32,000 bases of DNA, from NCBI GenBank assembly GCA_016873165.1, contig VGXV01000015.1, positions 6,413 through 38,412 on the forward strand. The letters are read 5' to 3'. A model generated the notes under the pieces. That model saw only the letters and a program-made list of their open reading frames with translations, was not told the origin of the DNA and searched no databases. Below are positions 27,772 to 32,000 of the stretch, in pieces (position 1 is the stretch's first letter; every line of letters begins with the position of its first letter). The translations under genes were made by a program, and so were the position numbers. The stretch is from Planctomycetota bacterium. GTDB lineage: Bacteria; Planctomycetota; Brocadiia; Brocadiales; Brocadiaceae.

Positions 27772-29349
27772 ATGGGATCTTTGTTTATCCCAAACAAATC
27801 AAGGGCTACAGGGACATGGACCCGTTTAGGCGATGAAGTATTGCCGCAAAGTGGTATGTGTGTTACCTGCCTGGACGGTTGTCCGGGATATTGTGAAATA
27901 GGTAAATCCGCCTATAGGGGCCCTGAAGCAATTTACCCTGTTCCGTTTGGTGAAATTACCGCAGGGGCTCAAAAGGACTTCCCTGTTGATTTCTCGCATT
28001 TTAATATTACAGGTTCAATCACAGGTCACCACCAAAAGGAATATGATCTGTTTACCAATGCCAGCATTGAGACAAAAATGGGAAGGGACGGCGGTCTTAA
28101 ATTGCGGATCCCCATAATCTGTACCGGCCTTGGTTCAACAAAAATTGCCCAAACCCATTTTGAGTCTTTAGGCACTGGCGCTGCTATCTGCGGTTCAGGC
28201 ATCGTTCTCGGGGAAAATGTTGCTGCGATGGATGACAAATCAACCATTACAGATGGCAAAGTGACAAACAGTCCCGAATTAATCCGGCGTTTCAAATCTT
28301 TTAAAGATCATCAAAAAGGTGGTTACGGTTTTATTGCAATTCAGGCAAACCAGGAAGACTGGAGGCTGGGAGTATTGCCGTACTGTCTGGAAAAACTAGG
28401 CGCCGATGCCCTCGAACTGAAATGGGGGCAGGGCGCCAAAAATATTGGCGGCGAAGTAAAATTAACCTCCATTGAAAAAGCCATCAGGCTAAAAAAACTC
28501 GGATATGTTGTTATCCCCGACCCTGAAGACCCGATTACACAGCAGGCATTTCAAAACGGCACAATTAAGGGATTTGAAAGGCACACAAGAATTTGCGCAA
28601 TACCGGACGCCATGTCGAGGGCGTTTGACGGGTTTATGGATGACGTTCAGCATTTAAGAAATGCCGGCGCCAAATATATTTTTCTGAAGACAGGGTCTTA
28701 CCGGCCTTCTGATCTGGCACGCGCAATCAAATTTGCGTCATGGGCAAGAATTGACGTCCTGACTATCGACGGCTCCGGCGGCGGAACAGGCATGAGCCCC
28801 TGGCGCATGATGAATGAATGGGGTTTGCCAACCGTGTATATCGCCGCTTTAACATACCAATATTGCAAAAGGCTGGCAGACCGCGGCGAATACGTGCCCG
28901 ATATTGTGCTGGCGGGAGGACTTGTTTCGGAAGACCATATTTATAAGTCTTTTGCTCTTTTGTCGCCATTCATCAAGGCAGTCGGAATGTCACGGTCAAC
29001 TATTTGCGCTGCAATGGTTGGCAATACCATTGGCAAGTCAGTGGCGGAAGGGAAAGTGCCAAAACCCGTTTCGGAATTTGGTTCTACCACCGATCAAATC
29101 TTCTATTATTCACAGAAGGTAAAAGACCAATTCGGCACTGTTCCCGCCGGCGCTATTGGAATGTATTCTTATTATCAACGGCTTGCAACAGGGTTGAGAC
29201 AACTGATGGCAGGGTCGAGAAGATGGTCGGTAACAAACATCACAAGAGATGATATTTTTACATTAACAAGAGAAGCAACCGATATTACAGGAATCACCTA
29301 TATCATGGATTATGACAAAGAACAGGCGGAAAGAGTTTTGGATGCATAA
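27772..29349 (+). CDS. glutamate-synthase FMN-domain family protein (GltB domain-2-like) with N-terminal 4-Cys motif
   Basis: 525 aa, with GGAAAGGAG upstream. CVTCLDGCPGYC (C-x2-C-x3-C-x3-C) at aa 30-41. LELKWGQGAKNIGGEV, IDGSGGGTGMSP and VLAGGL motifs parallel GltS IKIAQGAKPGEGG / ISGHDGGTGASP / DGGL. Confidence 0.8.
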   Translation: MGSLFIPNKSRATGTWTRLGDEVLPQSGMCVTCLDGCPGYCEIGKSAYRGPEAIYPVPFGEITAGAQKDFPVDFSHFNITGSITGHHQKEYDLFTNASIETKMGRDGGLKLRIPIICTGLGSTKIAQTHFESLGTGAAICGSGIVLGENVAAMDDKSTITDGKVTNSPELIRRFKSFKDHQKGGYGFIAIQANQEDWRLGVLPYCLEKLGADALELKWGQGAKNIGGEVKLTSIEKAIRLKKLGYVVIPDPEDPITQQAFQNGTIKGFERHTRICAIPDAMSRAFDGFMDDVQHLRNAGAKYIFLKTGSYRPSDLARAIKFASWARIDVLTIDGSGGGTGMSPWRMMNEWGLPTVYIAALTYQYCKRLADRGEYVPDIVLAGGLVSEDHIYKSFALLSPFIKAVGMSRSTICAAMVGNTIGKSVAEGKVPKPVSEFGSTTDQIFYYSQKVKDQFGTVPAGAIGMYSYYQRLATGLRQLMAGSRRWSVTNITRDDIFTLTREATDITGITYIMDYDKEQAERVLDA

Positions 29350-29368
29350 TTTAATTACCTATACCATA

Positions 29369-29402
29369 AGAGGAAAAACTGCCGAAAAACAGTTTTTCCT
29401 CT
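29369..29402 (+). terminator. perfect 13-bp stem hairpin just after the GltS-like stop
   Basis: AGAGGAAAAACTG (29369-29381), an 8-nt loop, CAGTTTTTCCTCT (29390-29402). The downstream sequence GTAATTTAT is only weakly T-rich. Confidence 0.45.
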
Positions 29403-29432
29403 GTAATTTATCGTATAGGAATTTCAAAGTCG

Positions 29433-29514
29433 AGATTCTTCGTCACTCCGTTCCTCAGAATGACATGCTCAAAAGTCATTCTGAATATAGCGAAGCGGAA
29501 TGAAGAATCTAATT
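29433..29514. repeat. nested-palindrome REP-like element, copy B
   Basis: Outer arms are AGATTCTTC (29433-29441) and GAAGAATCT (29502-29510). Inner arms are TCAGAATGAC (29455-29464) and GTCATTCTGA (29475-29484). It has the same orientation and near-identical right half as copy A. Confidence 0.9.
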
Positions 29515-29569
29515 TGATGAAGTGTGATAAATCAATGGTTTTTGTCTTTTAACGGAAAGAGGAAAAGAA

Positions 29570-30082
29570 ATGGCAAATTTAACTTTAAAAGATTTGGATG
29601 CAATGTCTGTTGATAAGGCGCAACAGTTGTCGTTCGAGGAAAGGGATAAATTACTGGATCTCATCCTGAAGGATTCCTTAAAAAATGTCGGCAAACAACC
29701 GGAACGGCAAATAGGGTTAATGAGCGATTATTTTGAAGAAGATATGGTACGGCTCACAAAGGTACGGGCAATAAAAATACGCTGCGGCGGTTTTATTCCG
29801 GTAGACGCATCGGGAGAAGTGCCAAGCCTTGTGCCAAAAGAACAGTTTAAACTGGTATTTACAAACCTAAAAAACGCATTGGAAAAGATGGGTTCAAAAC
29901 TCGACAGAGTAGTAAATATGATTATTTTCCTTAAAAATATGGATTACTGGGGCGAAATGAATGCTGTTTACAGGGAATTTGTCAAATCGTGCCCCACCCG
30001 CGCCGCAATCGGGATACAAGATTTGAACAAAACGTATCAAATAGAATTGGTAAATATTATTGCCTATAAGGTGGCAAAATAG
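29570..30082 (+). CDS. RidA/YjgF/L-PSP family protein with ~60-aa N-terminal extension
   Basis: 170 aa, with AGAGGA 6 nt upstream. The C-terminal ~110 aa match RidA topology: GFIPVDASGEV...KEQFKLVFTNLKNALEKMGSKLDRVVNMIIFLKNMDYWGEMNAVYREF...CPTRAAIGIQDL...IELVNIIAY. The Arg of the P-x-R motif is retained. Confidence 0.72.
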   Translation: MANLTLKDLDAMSVDKAQQLSFEERDKLLDLILKDSLKNVGKQPERQIGLMSDYFEEDMVRLTKVRAIKIRCGGFIPVDASGEVPSLVPKEQFKLVFTNLKNALEKMGSKLDRVVNMIIFLKNMDYWGEMNAVYREFVKSCPTRAAIGIQDLNKTYQIELVNIIAYKVAK

Positions 30083-30314
30083 TTTTACTTCAACGCATCA
30101 GTCTTGTCTTAAAACAGCATACATAATAATTGAAAATGCCTGTTTAATGATGTGTCCCTCCCCATGTTTTTCTCTTATTCCATGAACCTCTGCTATGGAC
30201 TTTGTCATAAAAGGAAAATATCTTGAGAAGTAGCGAAATATATTGTTAACTAACACAGTGGCAAATTCGTTATCTCTATGATAAAAGCGAATACTAAACG
30301 AGAAGAACATTTCA

Positions 30315-32000
30315 ATGAACTCCCCTCTTTTGCTGAAAAACAGGAAAATTAAAAATCCTCTCTTAAAAAGCGTTCATACCCGGCTTGACGACGCAGTAGA
30401 AGTCATCCGGCAGAAAGACCCCGCTTTTTACAAAAATTGTCATAAATTATTTTCCGTCCTCAAGTCGCCGCAAAATGTCTGGAAAATGCCTTTGGAATTT
30501 TTCACAGACAGTGGCAGGAAATTAGTTCTTTTTATTGCCGTAGTTTTTCACAACCTTGTCCTCGGCCCGCCAAAAGGCGGCATGCTATTTATCTCTCCCC
30601 ATATTCTCGGAGAAAACTTTTTTGACCTTTTTGACAGATTGCGGGAGGAAAAACCCTCTCTTGATGAAATCAGAGAATTTTGTTTCGAATGGGTCTCTGA
30701 AGAAATAGAAGCCCTTTCCATCGTAACCACGTTAAAACTTGCCTTGTATTCTCTTCCTCTTGGAGGAGGAATGTGCGGAGTTTTTCTTGGCGAACCGGAA
30801 TCCATAAAAGGTGAAATATTTCTGAAAACCATTGAACTTACAAATGCGGAGAAAAAGAGATTGGCCAGAGAAATAGGATATTTGCTCACCAAAGAAGGGA
30901 TTATGGGATATGATGCATATTCTCCGGGACCGGATATAGGCACTGACGGGGCAACGATGGATTCACTGGCAGACGGCCATTTCAGGGCATTAACTGAAAT
31001 GGAAAAAATTAAGGAAAAAGATCTTCTGGAAAAATTAAAAAGCATCCGTGACGCTGAAATTGTATGGACGGAAGGTCTTCCTTACATAAAAACAGCGGCT
31101 GAGTTCGCGAAAGAAATAAGAAACCATGATCATACAAAACGAAGTATTCCCGAATTAGGCGCCGTTACGTTCAAAACTCATGGAGGACTGGCAGGCAGGG
31201 GAGAAGCCACCGCATTTGCCGCAGTAGAGATTGCCAATCTTCTGGTTTGGTACAATGAAAATCCAAAGGACTATTTAAAGGTGCGGATTGGGAGAGAAAG
31301 GAAGAATTTTTTAACGGGAAAAACGGTAATAATACATGGTTTTGGCAGCATCGGATTAAATTCCGCACAATTTTTTTCTTTAAAAGGAGCAAAAATTATT
31401 GCGGTAAGCGAGTATGTAAAAAAAGAAAAGAAAGTAGTCTCCATTTATAATTATCAGGGATTAAATATAGACGATTTGATCAAACACAAAGAAAAATATG
31501 GAAGTATTTGTGGATTCCACGAAGCAAATGTTTATGCCGATCCGTACCATTTATTAAAAGAAAAGGCCGATATCATTTTTTTGGCGGCCATAGAAAATCA
31601 GATACATGCCCATAATGCCGAAAGTATTCAGGCACGTTATGTTGTTTCCGCCACCAACGCGGGAATTTCTCAGGAAGGATATCGTATTCTTATAAAAAAC
31701 GGGAAGATCGTGGCCAGGGATTCCATTGTGAAATCCGGCGGAATCATCGGCTCTTACCTGGAAAAAATACAGAACGCCCAAAACGACCAGTGGGAGAGGG
31801 AATACGTTTTTGAAGATGTTATGTCGAGAATAGAAAATGTATTAAAAAATAATGTAATCAAAAACCTGGTGGAAAAATATTCTATCGATTTATCAGTTGC
31901 AGGCGATGTGGTAGCGATTAAAAGAATTATCAGCACCATGGAAGCAAAAAGTCTCCATCTTGAGAAAAAAAGCACAAAGAAACCCATAATAATAGGAATC
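30315..32000 (+). CDS. Glu/Leu/Phe/Val dehydrogenase-fold protein, divergent, partial (continues beyond window end)
   Basis: Absent from the ORF track because it runs off the edge. I translated 562 stop-free codons from ATG 30315. Motifs in GDH order are FIAVVFHNLVLGPPKGGMLF, TTLKLALYSLPLGGGMCGV, YSPGPDIGTDG, FKTHGGLAGRGEATAFA, GKTVIIHGFGSIGLNSA (Rossmann), FLAAIENQIHAHNA, VVSATNAGIS and GGIIGSYLEKIQNAQNDQW. The minus-strand ORFs listed in this region are shadows. Confidence 0.8.
   Translation, partial: MNSPLLLKNRKIKNPLLKSVHTRLDDAVEVIRQKDPAFYKNCHKLFSVLKSPQNVWKMPLEFFTDSGRKLVLFIAVVFHNLVLGPPKGGMLFISPHILGENFFDLFDRLREEKPSLDEIREFCFEWVSEEIEALSIVTTLKLALYSLPLGGGMCGVFLGEPESIKGEIFLKTIELTNAEKKRLAREIGYLLTKEGIMGYDAYSPGPDIGTDGATMDSLADGHFRALTEMEKIKEKDLLEKLKSIRDAEIVWTEGLPYIKTAAEFAKEIRNHDHTKRSIPELGAVTFKTHGGLAGRGEATAFAAVEIANLLVWYNENPKDYLKVRIGRERKNFLTGKTVIIHGFGSIGLNSAQFFSLKGAKIIAVSEYVKKEKKVVSIYNYQGLNIDDLIKHKEKYGSICGFHEANVYADPYHLLKEKADIIFLAAIENQIHAHNAESIQARYVVSATNAGISQEGYRILIKNGKIVARDSIVKSGGIIGSYLEKIQNAQNDQWEREYVFEDVMSRIENVLKNNVIKNLVEKYSIDLSVAGDVVAIKRIISTMEAKSLHLEKKSTKKPIIIGI

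Noticed and set aside
30259-30274. Sigma-54-like string TGGCAAATTCGTTATC about 45 bp upstream of the GDH-like start
   Set aside because: The -24 half is good, but the -12 position reads TTAT instead of TTGC and lacks the near-invariant GC. It is too weak to call.
30098-30310. 70-aa minus-strand ORF between the RidA-like and GDH-like genes, with a faint resemblance (..KSIAEVHG..) to four-helix-bundle / 23S IVS-type proteins
   Set aside because: Its ATG is only 4 nt from the divergent GDH-like ATG, which leaves no room for promoters or RBS. The resemblance is a few residues only. I treat it as non-coding unless a homology search says otherwise.
30548-31987. Four minus-strand ORFs (30548..31045, 31171..31392, 31554..31781, 31754..31987)
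   Set aside because: All lie antisense to the 562-codon stop-free plus-strand frame that carries ordered GDH-family motifs. Their sequences are low-complexity.
1-32000. CRISPR arrays, transposases, integrases, prophage or toxin-antitoxin pairs
   Set aside because: I scanned the ORF track and the intergenic regions. I found no regularly spaced repeats, no DDE, tyrosine or serine recombinase motifs, and no small paired ORFs.

Overview
AT-rich bacterial chromosomal window (about 40% GC by eye) with 23 supportable protein genes, two of them cut by the window edges and absent from the ORF track, plus one tRNA. The centre (10.1-23.8 kb, all minus strand) is ordinary housekeeping: glmS, lpxD, fabF-acpP-fabD-fabH-plsX-rpmF, alaS-recA, thpR and gltX. 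Two accessory modules flank it. The left module (1-6.9 kb, minus strand) is an apparent operon. It encodes a ~1470-aa secreted beta-propeller/PKD/legumain-like/CarboxypepD_reg protein, a CHASE2-class III adenylate cyclase, and a secreted FecR-like protein that runs into a caspase-like domain at the window edge. The right module (24.0-32.0 kb, plus strand) starts with a cytoplasmic Cys-rich PAS histidine kinase and an NtrC-type sigma-54 activator. These are followed directly by a near-consensus -24/-12 sigma-54 promoter and four off-consensus amino/imino-acid enzymes. The enzymes are a heme-oxygenase-like diiron protein, a Cys-cluster plus FMN glutamate-synthase-domain protein, an N-terminally extended RidA, and a Glu/Leu/Phe/Val-dehydrogenase-fold protein whose catalytic Lys position reads Met. 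The right module is my best candidate for an undescribed system, and the CHASE2 module is second. Two copies of an ~80-bp nested-palindrome (REP-like) element and several strong hairpins are also present. I saw no CRISPR array, transposase, integrase or phage genes. All calls come from reading the sequence and ORF track. No database search was possible, so family names are motif-based recognitions that need HMM/BLAST confirmation.
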